The notes: generated by a model from the sequence alone, not told the origin. Counted from the stretch's first letter, positions 11,402-22,637 are shown. The stretch is DNA of 64,000 nucleotides from Candidatus Babeliales bacterium (GCA_963762115.1 CAVXJH010000006.1:96001-160000), one strand, 5' to 3'. Numbers and translations: made by a program.

Positions 11402-12132
11402 GATTTTTTTAACTTTTTATTTTGTTCGCAAAATAAACGATCATACAATAAAATAAAATACATTTTTGCTGTTTCACGCATTATTTTTGTCGATAATTTT
11501 GATTCACCTCTATCACGATTACGCGCTTCAATGGGTACTTCGTATACTGTTGCACCACGTTGTAAAAAACGATACAAAGATTCTAAATTAAAACAAAAAC
11601 CTTGTGACTTGAGATTTTTTATAGATGATTCACTAAGAATGGCAACATTATAAAGCCGGAAAGCACCCATACAATCGTAAGGCATACCAAGGCCATTTTT
11701 AATCATATTATGCCAAAAATTAGTAAAAAATAATCTAAATTTTCCCCAACCATGCATAACACCTTTTCCTGCCCAGCGCGAACCGATAATGATGTCATAT
11801 TTATCCTTCTTTTCAAGCATTAAAGGTATATATTTCGGATCATGCGTGCCATCAGCATCCATGGTTATAAGATAATTATAATGATTTTTATGCGCATATT
11901 TAAATGCTTCTAAGTGGGCAGTACCCAACCCAAGTTTGCCAGGACGATGCATAACCTTGACTGTTTGATCATGACGAGCTAATTCATCAAGAATTTTCCC
12001 GGTATCATCGGGTGAATTATCATCACAAAACAATATATCAAACGGAATCCCAAGGTTTTTCAGTTGAATATACAAACGATCTACATTTGCACGTTCATTA
12101 TAGGTTGGAACAAAAACTAAAATCTTATTCAT
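11398..12132 (-). CDS. GT2 polyprenol-phosphate mannosyltransferase-like (Dpm1-like)
   Basis: 'VPTYNE', 'DDNSPDDT', 'KLGLGTA', 'MDADGTH', 'IGSR', 'GESKL'. Confidence 0.88.
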   Translation of the reverse strand: MNKILVFVPTYNERANVDRLYIQLKNLGIPFDILFCDDNSPDDTGKILDELARHDQTVKVMHRPGKLGLGTAHLEAFKYAHKNHYNYLITMDADGTHDPKYIPLMLEKKDKYDIIIGSRWAGKGVMHGWGKFRLFFTNFWHNMIKNGLGMPYDCMGAFRLYNVAILSESSIKNLKSQGFCFNLESLYRFLQRGATVYEVPIEARNRDRGESKLSTKIMRETAKMYFILLYDRLFCEQNKKLKKS

Positions 12133-12232
12133 AGTACATTTCTTTCAGCTTAATGCATTATTGAATCTACGGTGATTTGTACAATAAAATAGACTAACAG
12201 TTCTTGCTTTTTTTCCTAGCCCATCATGAATA

Positions 12233-14407
12233 TTAAAGTTCCTGAACGCCACCACCTTTGCATGCTAACTGATCAATGATTAACGTTAGTTCAGCAACTG
12301 TTGCTAATCGTTCTCTTGTTATTGGCATTAACATTGAAGAATCTTTTAAGGAGCCAAAAAATTGATTCAATAAATATTCATGACCTTTATCAGCCGTTGT
12401 TACTTTTTCATTAAATGATGCTGGTAATCCATGCCCTTGCAACGTCAAATAATCATCCATCACAATTGCTTTGCTATCAAAATAAAGTTCCATTCGCTCT
12501 TTACCAAGACCGGCATGACCAAGCGATGTATATAATAACGTACACACAGAACCATCTGAGAAACTAATTTGAGCACTTATATTATCACTTGAAAGTATAT
12601 TTTCACTGTTTGGATTTAATGATTCAACAGAAACTGAAACCGGTGTTGCATCAGTTAAAAAACAAAACAGATCAAAAATATGGCATGCTTCACCAATAAT
12701 TCGGCCTGCACCAACATCAGTTTGAACCCAATGTTCTTTTGAAATATAACCAGCATTCATGCGATAATGCACCATCAAAGGAGAATTCCTTGGGATAATT
12801 GCGTCTTTTATTTTTCGCATAAATGGTGCAAATGAACGGTTGTAATCAACGCATAAAGGCATTGATGGATTTAAAGTTAAAAAATTATTCAATTTTTCCA
12901 ATTGCGCAAAATCAGTAACCATCGGCTTTTCAACAAAAACAGCTTTGCCATGAGTAAGAGCGGTTAAAATCTGATCACAATGATATTTATGCGGTGAAGC
13001 AATCACCACAACATCCACAAGATCCTTATCAAATAATTCAGTGTCATTCACTAATGATGTTGCACAACCATATAATCGTGAAACATTAATTGAATTTGAA
13101 ACATCTGAATCAACGATTGCATGAATTTTAGCGTTTTTTATTTTTGCAACGATAGGCATTAATTTTACTTTTGCAAAACCACCCGCACCAACAAAACCAA
13201 CGCGCAATTGAGCTGCTGTTGCTGGTTTAAAAGCAAGATTCTTTTGTTCTGATTTTTTTTGCGCATCTTCTTGTGCTGCCACAACGACCAGATCATCTTT
13301 TGGCACATATGCCAAAATAATTCCCAATCCTTGTCTATTTTTGAGTTGCTCATAAGCATCTGCTGCTTGTTCAACAGGAAGAGCTTGTGAAACAAGTGAA
13401 TTAATATCAATTTGATTTTTTTCAATCAACTCAAGAAATGCTTGCATATTTCTATTTTCTGTCCAACGCACATACGCAAATGGATAATCATGACCTTGTT
13501 GCTCATAAGAGCTATCATAACGACCAGGACCATATGAACATGAAATCAGAAAATCAATTTCTTTTTGATAAAAAGGGGCACGTTCAAGACCTAATCCAAC
13601 ATCACCGACAAGGACAACTTTACCTTTTTTACGCGTGATTTCCATAGCTTGTTGCACGAGTGAATCACTCTTTGATGCAGCAGTAATAAGCGTGCAATCA
13701 ACGCCATAATGCTTGGTAAAAAAGGCACAATCTTTTATAAGAGTTGGTGATGTTGCATTGAATACAGCATCAGCACCTAATTTTTGTGCTTGTGCAAGAC
13801 GCTCATCAACAACATCAATACCAATAACTTTGCAACCTGCTCGTTTTGCTAATTGCACGGTAATTTGTCCAAGCAATCCCAGACCCTGAACGCAAACTGT
13901 TTCACCAAGTTGCAGTTGTGCACGGCGTATTCCTTGCAAGGCAATTGCACCAATGGTGGTGATACTTGCCTGTTTTAAGTAGGCTGCATCTGAAACTTTC
14001 ACTATTAAATTTTCTGGCACGCACACATAATCAGCATGGCTTGCATAACCTGCGCCAGCACAGGCAACAAAATCTCCCGCTCGAAAATTTTTCACCTTTT
14101 TACCAACGGCAATAACTTGCCCGGAACAAGAATAACCCAGCGCTTGCACAGTACCACTCAAGCGACCTTTTATCAGTGCTTTGGTTCCTTCAATGCCATT
14201 CATAGCAATTGATTCTAAAACTTTTGTTATTTTTTGAGGAATATTGGTCAAAAAAACATTTTTTGATGCATTTGATAACGTTGCAGATTCTGTACCAGAA
14301 CTTATAAAAGAATAATGTACAGAAACTAATACTAAATCATCATCCAAAAGAGGTTCACAAACATCTTTAATTGCAACGGTATTTTTTTCTAAAAAAAGTT
14401 GACGCAT
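12233..14407 (-). CDS. Bi-domain oxidoreductase (MDR/Zn-ADH-like + Gfo/Idh/MocA)
   Basis: 'ISSGTE', 'LGYS', 'GLGLLG', 'SYGPGRYD', 'RWTENRNM' N-domain; 'GFVGAGGF', 'VFVEKP', 'GEACH' C-domain. Confidence 0.9.
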   Translation of the reverse strand: MRQLFLEKNTVAIKDVCEPLLDDDLVLVSVHYSFISSGTESATLSNASKNVFLTNIPQKITKVLESIAMNGIEGTKALIKGRLSGTVQALGYSCSGQVIAVGKKVKNFRAGDFVACAGAGYASHADYVCVPENLIVKVSDAAYLKQASITTIGAIALQGIRRAQLQLGETVCVQGLGLLGQITVQLAKRAGCKVIGIDVVDERLAQAQKLGADAVFNATSPTLIKDCAFFTKHYGVDCTLITAASKSDSLVQQAMEITRKKGKVVLVGDVGLGLERAPFYQKEIDFLISCSYGPGRYDSSYEQQGHDYPFAYVRWTENRNMQAFLELIEKNQIDINSLVSQALPVEQAADAYEQLKNRQGLGIILAYVPKDDLVVVAAQEDAQKKSEQKNLAFKPATAAQLRVGFVGAGGFAKVKLMPIVAKIKNAKIHAIVDSDVSNSINVSRLYGCATSLVNDTELFDKDLVDVVVIASPHKYHCDQILTALTHGKAVFVEKPMVTDFAQLEKLNNFLTLNPSMPLCVDYNRSFAPFMRKIKDAIIPRNSPLMVHYRMNAGYISKEHWVQTDVGAGRIIGEACHIFDLFCFLTDATPVSVSVESLNPNSENILSSDNISAQISFSDGSVCTLLYTSLGHAGLGKERMELYFDSKAIVMDDYLTLQGHGLPASFNEKVTTADKGHEYLLNQFFGSLKDSSMLMPITRERLATVAELTLIIDQLACKGGGVQEL

Positions 14408-15762
14408 TAAAAGAACTCCTTATCAAAAATTGTTTTATGAACTGATCCTGCTTTATATGGCTCAAATGGTGTCATACTTTGCAAACTATTTGCAGGCCAG
14501 AATAATGCTTCTTGTTCAGTTGTTTCTGCATGTGGTTTATACGTCAATCCACAAAAATCAAGAATTTTTTTGCTTCGTGTTGCACTATGATCAATATCTT
14601 TAAATTGCTTATGGGGAACAAGACAAATAATAATATCAGCACAATCAATTCCCTCTTGCAAAGAAACTACCGCATCATTAAATAACGATTCAAGCGTTGT
14701 TTGTGCAACATTCGGTTCAGTCACCAACAAATTAATATCAGAATATTTTTGTAATTTTTGTGCAATCGCTAAAGCAGGTGATTCGCGCATATCATCAACA
14801 TCAGCCTTGTAGGTTAACCCTAACACTAACACGGTAGGAATACCTTCATTACGCTCTTGCCACTCATGAATCCATGAACGAGTCAACGAAACAACTTGTA
14901 ATGGCTTGGCATCGTTTACCGCACGTGCTGTTTGTAATAATGATGATTGCTCAGGAAATGTTTCAACAAGGAACCAAGGGTCAACGGCAATACAATGACC
15001 ACCAACACCGCATGAGGGATTGAGAATATTCACACGAGGATGTTTATTTGCTAATGCAATCACTTCAAATGGATCTAAGCGAGTCGCATATGCCATTGCA
15101 GCAACTTGATTTGCAAAAGCAATAGCAACATCTCGTGAACTATTTTCGACAAGTTTAACCATTTCAGCAGTAGTTGCATTGGTTAAATACAATTGTCCTT
15201 TTACGAATTGCTTATAAAATAACTTTGCACGGCTTACCGATTCAGGATTTATGCCACCAATAATGCGCGGATTATGCACCAATTCGTAGAAAATTTTTCC
15301 TGGCAAAACACGCTCTGGACAATGGGCAACAAAAAAATCTTCTCCAGCTTTCAAGCCCGTTCTTGCCTCAAGAATTACTGCACACTCATTGGTTAACCCA
15401 ACAGGAACGGTAGATTCAACAATTACGACATCATCTTTTTTTAATACGTGCGCAATCGCCTCTGTTGCTGCCATCACATAAGAAATATCTGCTTTTTTTT
15501 CTTCTTTAAACGGTGTTGGAACCGCAATCAAAAAACAATCTGCTTGCTCAAGAAGCGTTGTTGCACGAAAAGCACCTGAAGCAATTAATGGTTGAAGGCG
15601 TTCAATACTTTCAGGCTCCTGAATCACCGGATCATAATTATTAATACGTTCAACACGTTGTGTATCAATATCATAACCAACAACCTCAAATCCATTTTCA
15701 GCAGCTACAATTGCCGTTGGAAGACCTATATAGCCAAGTCCCATTATGCATATTTTTTGCAT
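14407..15762 (-). CDS. wecC: UDP-N-acetyl-D-mannosamine dehydrogenase (nucleotide-sugar dehydrogenase)
   Basis: 'GLGYIGLP', 'AVPTP', 'ESTVP', 'CPERVLPG', 'GVGGHCIAVDP', 'DMRESP'; adjacent to wecB. Confidence 0.9.
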   Translation of the reverse strand: MQKICIMGLGYIGLPTAIVAAENGFEVVGYDIDTQRVERINNYDPVIQEPESIERLQPLIASGAFRATTLLEQADCFLIAVPTPFKEEKKADISYVMAATEAIAHVLKKDDVVIVESTVPVGLTNECAVILEARTGLKAGEDFFVAHCPERVLPGKIFYELVHNPRIIGGINPESVSRAKLFYKQFVKGQLYLTNATTAEMVKLVENSSRDVAIAFANQVAAMAYATRLDPFEVIALANKHPRVNILNPSCGVGGHCIAVDPWFLVETFPEQSSLLQTARAVNDAKPLQVVSLTRSWIHEWQERNEGIPTVLVLGLTYKADVDDMRESPALAIAQKLQKYSDINLLVTEPNVAQTTLESLFNDAVVSLQEGIDCADIIICLVPHKQFKDIDHSATRSKKILDFCGLTYKPHAETTEQEALFWPANSLQSMTPFEPYKAGSVHKTIFDKEFF

Positions 15763-15791
15763 CGTACATTTCCTTTTTTAAAAAAATAAGC

Positions 15792-16970
15792 TCATCTATT
15801 TGCTGTATAAAATTTCTGAACAGCATCATAGTGAGGAGCATAATTGCGCTTTGTTTGAACAATGTGGGCAATCATATCGGCAGCATAACCAGTGCCATAA
15901 ATTGAAGAAGCTTTAGCTTGGATAAGCGGAACATCATTCATTAATTTGTACATTTCTTTTTGAATTGCTTCTTGATTGGTGCCAACTAAGGTGGCCAAAC
16001 CAGTCCATAAACCTTCAACACGCTCTGTTTTATCACGTAATACCAAAACGGGTTTACCCAAACTGATTGCTTCTTCTTGAATGCCCCCTGAATCAGTTGC
16101 AATCCAATCAGCATTCAATAAAAGATAAACAAGTTCTTTATAAAGTAACGGTCTTGATAGAAATAAATTAGGAATTTTAGCGACACCAACTTTATCAACA
16201 GCTTCAAGAACGTGAGGATTTGGATGATAAGGATAAAAGAAAAAAATGTCAGGATTAGCAAGTGCAAATTCTTTAATCGCCGTTAAGATGCGCACAATGC
16301 CGCCATTAAATGATTCACGACGATGCACCGTTAAGAGCACTATTTTTTTACCCTGCATCTTACATTCTTGCACTTTTTGAGTAATTTCTTCATCAATTAT
16401 TACTTCTTTTAAGGCAATTTTTTCTTTAATGATGCGTAAAGTATCAACGACCGTATTACCCGTACAATAAATAGATTCTCTATCAACACCTTCAGCAAGC
16501 AAATTGCCAACATTAAGAGGAGTTGGTGCAAAATGATAATTGGCTACCATTGAAATAAATCGACGATTCATCTCTTCCGGGAATGGACTTTTGATATCAT
16601 TTGTTCGGAGGCCCGCTTCAACGTGACCGATGGGAATATCCAAATAAAAAGCAGCCATTGCAGCCGCCATACTTGAGGTTGTATCACCTTGAACTAATAC
16701 CAAACAGGGATTAACTTTATTATAAAATGCTTTTAATTTTTGCAAGGCACTTTCAGTAATATGAAAAAGATCCTGATTAGGTTGCATAATATCAAGTTGA
16801 TAATCAGGAATAATACCAAATAAATCATACACTTCTTGTAACAAATATGAGTGTTGATCAGTTGAACAAAGTACAATCGAAATCTGCATTTTTTTGAATG
16901 CAAGATACAGAGGAATCATCTTGATCCCTTCTGGTCGTGTACCAACAATGAGAACAATAGGACTTGTCAT
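15792..16970 (-). CDS. wecB: UDP-N-acetylglucosamine 2-epimerase (non-hydrolysing)
   Basis: 'GTRPEGIKM', 'QGDTT', 'HVEAGLR', 'PFPEEMNR', 'HRRES', 'TDSGGIQEEA'. Confidence 0.96.
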   Translation of the reverse strand: MTSPIVLIVGTRPEGIKMIPLYLAFKKMQISIVLCSTDQHSYLLQEVYDLFGIIPDYQLDIMQPNQDLFHITESALQKLKAFYNKVNPCLVLVQGDTTSSMAAAMAAFYLDIPIGHVEAGLRTNDIKSPFPEEMNRRFISMVANYHFAPTPLNVGNLLAEGVDRESIYCTGNTVVDTLRIIKEKIALKEVIIDEEITQKVQECKMQGKKIVLLTVHRRESFNGGIVRILTAIKEFALANPDIFFFYPYHPNPHVLEAVDKVGVAKIPNLFLSRPLLYKELVYLLLNADWIATDSGGIQEEAISLGKPVLVLRDKTERVEGLWTGLATLVGTNQEAIQKEMYKLMNDVPLIQAKASSIYGTGYAADMIAHIVQTKRNYAPHYDAVQKFYTANR

Positions 16971-17105
16971 AACACTCTCTCCGTATCATAGGAACAAATT
17001 TTCTATCCTGGTGCACAAGATAGCACAGTGAGCATAATTGACAAGAGGGAAAATGGTAATAAATTACAACTATCATCTTTAATGATTCGATTAAATCTAA
17101 TAAAA

Positions 17106-17954
17106 CTACTTTTTTTCTTTTCGTGCAGCTTCAAGACGATTTTTCAGGTATTTTCGCAGCTTTACTTGTGTTTCATGCAGAGTATCCAGAATTTCTTTGC
17201 TATATTTTTTTATCCAAGCTTTTCTTCCCGTTTTTTTTGCAAGATCTTGCAACGCTTTATTGGGATAATAAAAAGCATTTTCAATATCTTTAACTAATTG
17301 ATTAAAATTGATAAAGATTTGAGATATAACACCCGGTTGATCAACAACATCAAGAAATTGTATATTAAATTTTAAAGCATTAGCAAGGCGCGATAGAGTT
17401 AACACCGTCGGTTCATTTTGAAATTTTATAAATTGATTGCGAGCATTGGTCACTGATTGATCAAATAACGTCTGTTGAAATTCACGATTTTTTTGATTAA
17501 TATAGGGCTCTATAAGTTCTTTTTGGTCTTTAAATGTCATATAAACTGTTTCATGAAATTCTTCTTGTATTGATGAATTAACACCACGATTTTTCATATT
17601 TTGATTAATACGAACTATTTTTTCATCAATATCAGAAAGCATATTTCTGAGCTTTCGTAATTTTTGTAAATCTAAATCTTCTAAATTTTCAAAAAGCAAT
17701 TCATGAAAAATCATTTCTATAAGTTGATCTAACCTATCTTCCGAAGGAATTTTGGAAAAATCATCAAGCAATCTTGAAAAAGATGCCAACTGTTGAAAAA
17801 TATCAAAACTAGGAATTTGTTTAGTTTTTTTTAAAGCATTTTCAAGATCTTGTAACTGTTGATCAAGTTGCATCAAAGTTGATGAAAGTTCTTGCTGTTT
17901 TTGCATCCCAAAAGCAGTAGATACAAAAAAAGTAACGATAAGTATTCTCTTCAT
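17106..17954 (-). CDS. Secreted helical/coiled-coil hypothetical protein (signal + MQ motif)
   Basis: MKRILIVTFFVSTAFG-MQKQ; heptad-like LxxLDQQLQDLE; AGGG RBS. Confidence 0.65.
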   Translation of the reverse strand: MKRILIVTFFVSTAFGMQKQQELSSTLMQLDQQLQDLENALKKTKQIPSFDIFQQLASFSRLLDDFSKIPSEDRLDQLIEMIFHELLFENLEDLDLQKLRKLRNMLSDIDEKIVRINQNMKNRGVNSSIQEEFHETVYMTFKDQKELIEPYINQKNREFQQTLFDQSVTNARNQFIKFQNEPTVLTLSRLANALKFNIQFLDVVDQPGVISQIFINFNQLVKDIENAFYYPNKALQDLAKKTGRKAWIKKYSKEILDTLHETQVKLRKYLKNRLEAARKEKK

Positions 17955-18010
17955 TTTTCCCTTTCGTAGTAGGTATGATACTACTCAAATGAGAAGAAAT
18001 TCTGCAAGAG

Positions 18011-19624
18011 CTAAAATAATTCTTTGATTGCAACATCAACTTGTTGCGCAGTAAGCGTCGTTGACATTGCGCGATAAAAGTTTTCATCATATTCACGCGT
18101 CTGCACAACAACAGGCATAGCAACTGCATGACCAAGCAATAATGCTTGTTTTTTGGTATCAAGTGATGCAAGAATAGTACGTAAATTAGCAGCGTTATTA
18201 ACGCCAGTCAACACCGCTGCAATATCTTTTTCATCATTTAATTGCGCAACAATTTTGGTGCCAATTTGAGAAATGATTTCTTGATCAATGCCTGAAGGTC
18301 GTTGATCAACAACGAGTAATGAAACATAATATTTACGCATTTCACGCGCAATAATACCAAATATTGTTTGCCGAGCGGCAGTTGGATTCAAAAATTTATG
18401 TGCCTCTTCAATACAAATCATCAACTTTATTGGTTCATCTTCAGATCGTTGCGAACCCAAAAATTTTTCAGTTTTATCAACATATTCCTGATGAATGCGT
18501 CGCGTGATAATATTAGCAACTAACAAATAACAAAAGGTGGAAGTAAAATTACCAAATTCAACAATAACAGAAGTGCCTTTGCTGATATATTCCATCATCT
18601 GATCGATAACTGAATAATCTTTATAAGCACCTTGAGCAATTGGCTTGAAAAAGGGTAATCGTTCAATGCGTTTGAGTTTGCGATATAATGCTGCAATTGA
18701 TTCAGGGTGCGCACCCAATTCTTGTGCAAACTCTTTCAGTGAATCGCCTTGAGAAAGTAACACCTGCAACCAATCTTTTTTATATTTAGCCGCAATAAGA
18801 TACGCACATTCAAGCGCTGTTGAATGAAGATTAAGCTCATCTTGCAATGAAAGAATATCATCAACTTGTACTGCTTGATAGGGCAAAGTGATTTCAACAT
18901 CGGGCATACCGCCACGTCGTCTGGTTGAATCTGGATCTAATGAAAAAATTGCAACTTTACCAGGAAAAAGTGTTTTAAGTCCTTTTACAAATGCTTGTGA
19001 TTTTCCTTCAGTGCGTGATTGCAAACCATATTCACTGTGCATATCAAAAATAATATTCACCGCTTTTTCATTTTTAATTAATCCAGCAAGAACCAATCTC
19101 GTTAAAAAAGTCTTTCCCGTACCCGTTTTACCAAATATGCCATTACTGCGTTCTGTTAATTTATCAAGATCTAAGCACACAGGTGTGTTCATATCAAGTG
19201 GGCAACCAATATTAAAATATCTGAGCGAAACATCATCTTCATTGCCAAAAATTGCTGCAACATCTTTACTATCAGCTTCATAGACAGTTGAAAAATGGGC
19301 AGGAATTGTTTTTACCGGCATTTTTTGATTTTGCTTATTCAACATCAACATTGGCTTTAATTGCGCCGTTGCATAAATATCTTTTTTGCGCAACATGGCA
19401 TTAAGAAATGTTTCTTGCGGTGTTGGTGGAAATAATAAAATATCCGGATGACTCACGGCTAACGTTAAATCAGTAATAAGTGAAAAAAAGGCGTAATCAG
19501 CACCCACAATTGATACAAACTTACCCGTTTTTATTTCTTCCAAATTTGTATCATAATGAATGCGCATTAACAATCCTTCAGTTAATGATCCTGAAAGAAT
19601 GTGCCCCAGTACTTTTTTCATCAC
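18011..19624 (-). CDS. HerA/FtsK-family (DUF87) ATPase with N-terminal HAS-barrel-like region
   Basis: Walker A 'GKTGTGKT', 'IFDMHSEY', 'IEEAHKF', 'REMRKY', 'DQRPS'. Confidence 0.88.
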   Translation of the reverse strand: MMKKVLGHILSGSLTEGLLMRIHYDTNLEEIKTGKFVSIVGADYAFFSLITDLTLAVSHPDILLFPPTPQETFLNAMLRKKDIYATAQLKPMLMLNKQNQKMPVKTIPAHFSTVYEADSKDVAAIFGNEDDVSLRYFNIGCPLDMNTPVCLDLDKLTERSNGIFGKTGTGKTFLTRLVLAGLIKNEKAVNIIFDMHSEYGLQSRTEGKSQAFVKGLKTLFPGKVAIFSLDPDSTRRRGGMPDVEITLPYQAVQVDDILSLQDELNLHSTALECAYLIAAKYKKDWLQVLLSQGDSLKEFAQELGAHPESIAALYRKLKRIERLPFFKPIAQGAYKDYSVIDQMMEYISKGTSVIVEFGNFTSTFCYLLVANIITRRIHQEYVDKTEKFLGSQRSEDEPIKLMICIEEAHKFLNPTAARQTIFGIIAREMRKYYVSLLVVDQRPSGIDQEIISQIGTKIVAQLNDEKDIAAVLTGVNNAANLRTILASLDTKKQALLLGHAVAMPVVVQTREYDENFYRAMSTTLTAQQVDVAIKELF

Positions 19625-19625
19625 A

Positions 19626-22229
19626 TTACTGCTGTTGCGTCAAAAGCCATTTTTTTAAATCTGCTTCAAAATGAGAGCCAACAACAGGGCCGCCACCTTG
19701 CAACGTTTGTCCTTTACCACCACAACGCAATCCTGCATGACTTTTCAGCCATTGCGATAAATTTTGCATTGAAACAGTTGACACAAATTCTGGCGAAAGA
19801 TGTGCATATAAAGAGCTTGTTTGTGCATCACTGTTTATTAAAAAATAAAAACCGGGTTTTTTTTGTGATAATGATGTTGCCAACTCTTTGAGTTCTTCAT
19901 TGGTTTGATCATGAAAACTATCAAAAAGAAAGGGAATTTTGCCAACGAGCTCGACTTTGTTTAACAAAGATGGCATTTCAGTTTTCATAAGCGCAGATTT
20001 CAATTTTTTAATTTCTGATTGTGCACTTTTGAGGTGCTCTCGTTGCTTTGTCAACGATTCAACAAGTTCATCTGAGCGTACCTTATATTCTTGCGTCAAA
20101 TTCTTAACAAGAGAAAAACTTTGTTGAAATACTTCAACTGCCTTTGGTCCTGTCACGGCAACTAAACGTCGCTGACCAGCCGAAAGTGCAGTAACTTCAG
20201 TAATTTTAAAACAACCAATGTCACCGGTAGCAACAACATGCGTTCCCCCACATAATTCAGCAGAAAATCCTGGAATCGCGACAACACGCACATTGTCTGG
20301 ATTATATTTATCACCAAAAAAAGCGATAACGCCTTCGTTTACGGCATCTTTATAGGTAGTAGTTTTAATGTTAAGGGGAATATTTTCTTGAATTTTTTTA
20401 TTCACGACATCTTCAACATGCTTAATTTGTTCTGCTGTTAAATTTTCGTGATAGGTAAAATCAAAGCGCAAATAATCGGGAACCACCAATGAACCAGCTT
20501 GTTTAACTTGCTTGCCAAGCAAGCTAATAAGAGCTGCTTGCAAAAGATGTGTTGCTGTATGATTTTTCATGGTATTCAAACGCGCTTCTTTATTCACCAC
20601 TTGTTTTATTTCATCACCAACAGAAATTGAAATAGGAGTTTCAATTTCTATGGCAATTGCATGATCAATTTTCTTTAATCCATCAATTGATACTGAATGC
20701 TGTTTGCCAAAAATAACTTTTCCCTGATCGCTTATTTGTCCGCCACATTCAACATAAAAAGGTGATTCAGAAGCAATAATCAAACATTTTTGCCCCGCTG
20801 GTGCTGATTTCACGAGTTGATCATTATGAATTATTGCTAAAATATGTGAAGCATTTTCTAATTCTTGGTACCCAGTAAACGTTGTTTTAACTGATAAAGG
20901 TAACGAAATTTTTTGTTCTTCATGAACAACTTTTTTACCCGATTGTTCACGTTGTTTTGTCATATGTTTTTCAAATGAAATAGTATCAACAGCAAATCCT
21001 TTTTCTTGTGCAATCAATTGCGTTAATTCAAGAGGAAAACCATACGTGTCATATAATTTAAATGCTTGCTCACCGGAAACAATTTTTTTTGTATCTTGTG
21101 CAAAATAATCTTCAAGAATCTGTTGACCATGCACGAGATTGATCGCAAATTTTTCCATTTCACTTTTGAGCAGACTGATGATTGCTGCTCGATTCACTTT
21201 TAGTTCAGGATATATTTCTGCCATTTCATCAACCACAACATTGGCAAGCTCGGGAAAAATAGTTTCTGAGGTTAATTTTTTTGAAAATAAAGCAGCGCGA
21301 CGAATAATTTTGCGCAACACATACCCACGACCTTCATTAGAAGGTGAACAACCATCAGCAATCAAAAAACATGAAGCGCGAATATGATCAGCAAGCACAT
21401 GAAATGCTGCTTTTAGCTCATTAGATTGATCTTTATACGATAAACCCGTTAATCGTTCAATTCCTGCCAAAATTGGCGCAAAAAGATCAATTTCAAAAAC
21501 GGAATCTTTATCTTGTTTAATCACACACAGTCGCTCAAGCCCCATGCCGGTGTCAACACCAACACGTTTTAGTGGCTTATCAGTGCCATCATTCTGACGA
21601 TCAAACTGCATAAAAACTAAATTCCATACTTCAAGAAATCTGTCGCAAGAACAACCTGGTGCGCAAGATGCTTCTTGGCATCCTTTATCAGCACCACGAT
21701 CAACTAATAATTCTGAACAAGGGCCACAAGGGCCTGTATCACCCATTTGCCAAAAGTTATCAGCTTCGCCTAAACGATGGATTTGTAATTCTGGCAATCC
21801 AATATGTTTGTGCCATAAGTCATAAGCTTCATCATCTTTTTTATAGACTGTTGCATGTAACGTTTCTTTGTTAAAACCCATTTCTCCAATGAGAAAATCC
21901 CAAGCAAATTGAATTGCTTCTTTCTTGAAATAATCACCAAAAGAGAAATTTCCCATCATTTCAAAAAAGGTTAAATGACGTTTGGTGAAACCAACATTAT
22001 CAAGATCATTATGTTTCCCACCCGCTCGCATACATTTTTGAATACTCACCGCACGATTATAACTGCGTGCTTCTTTGCCCAAAAAAAGATCCTTAAATTG
22101 GTTCATGCCGGCATTGGTGAATAAAATTGTTGGGTCTTGTGCAGGAATAAGTGAAGAACTTGGCACACGAGAATGACCATGTTTTTCAAAGAATTCAAAA
22201 AACTTTTTGCGAATTTGAGTGGAATTCAT
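19626..22229 (-). CDS. alaS: Alanine--tRNA ligase
   Basis: 'FTNAGMNQFK', 'TFFEMMGNFSFGDYFK', 'GPCGPCSE', 'DTGMGLER', editing motifs 'HTATH' and 'ELCGGTH'. Confidence 0.98.
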   Translation of the reverse strand: MNSTQIRKKFFEFFEKHGHSRVPSSSLIPAQDPTILFTNAGMNQFKDLFLGKEARSYNRAVSIQKCMRAGGKHNDLDNVGFTKRHLTFFEMMGNFSFGDYFKKEAIQFAWDFLIGEMGFNKETLHATVYKKDDEAYDLWHKHIGLPELQIHRLGEADNFWQMGDTGPCGPCSELLVDRGADKGCQEASCAPGCSCDRFLEVWNLVFMQFDRQNDGTDKPLKRVGVDTGMGLERLCVIKQDKDSVFEIDLFAPILAGIERLTGLSYKDQSNELKAAFHVLADHIRASCFLIADGCSPSNEGRGYVLRKIIRRAALFSKKLTSETIFPELANVVVDEMAEIYPELKVNRAAIISLLKSEMEKFAINLVHGQQILEDYFAQDTKKIVSGEQAFKLYDTYGFPLELTQLIAQEKGFAVDTISFEKHMTKQREQSGKKVVHEEQKISLPLSVKTTFTGYQELENASHILAIIHNDQLVKSAPAGQKCLIIASESPFYVECGGQISDQGKVIFGKQHSVSIDGLKKIDHAIAIEIETPISISVGDEIKQVVNKEARLNTMKNHTATHLLQAALISLLGKQVKQAGSLVVPDYLRFDFTYHENLTAEQIKHVEDVVNKKIQENIPLNIKTTTYKDAVNEGVIAFFGDKYNPDNVRVVAIPGFSAELCGGTHVVATGDIGCFKITEVTALSAGQRRLVAVTGPKAVEVFQQSFSLVKNLTQEYKVRSDELVESLTKQREHLKSAQSEIKKLKSALMKTEMPSLLNKVELVGKIPFLFDSFHDQTNEELKELATSLSQKKPGFYFLINSDAQTSSLYAHLSPEFVSTVSMQNLSQWLKSHAGLRCGGKGQTLQGGGPVVGSHFEADLKKWLLTQQQ

Positions 22230-22637
22230 ATAATCTTTCTAACGTTTTATTATTGCAATATATATTCAAATTATATTTTTATTTATAAATTAATTTTTGC
22301 TTATCCAATATTCTTACCTGCTAAGATTATTATATCTTACATCAAATTTACGTCACAATTAATCTTGTCACTTATACTAACTTTGAAAGAGTATATCAAA
22401 GGAATTATTGATAACAAATTTTCTTTAAATATTTAAAACAACATATCAAACAATACTTATTAATAGTTATTTTTTAATTTTTTTTACTCTTTGGCCCGTT
22501 AATTATTTTCATCTTCTATTTTTAAGTCTGTTTTTCTTCTGTTCTTTTCTTAGAAAAAAATTCCTAAGTTGTTTTCCAGAAGGAATAAATATGGGTAAAG
22601 ACTGCTCGTTATCATTTTCTCGTTCTCCATTTCTTTA

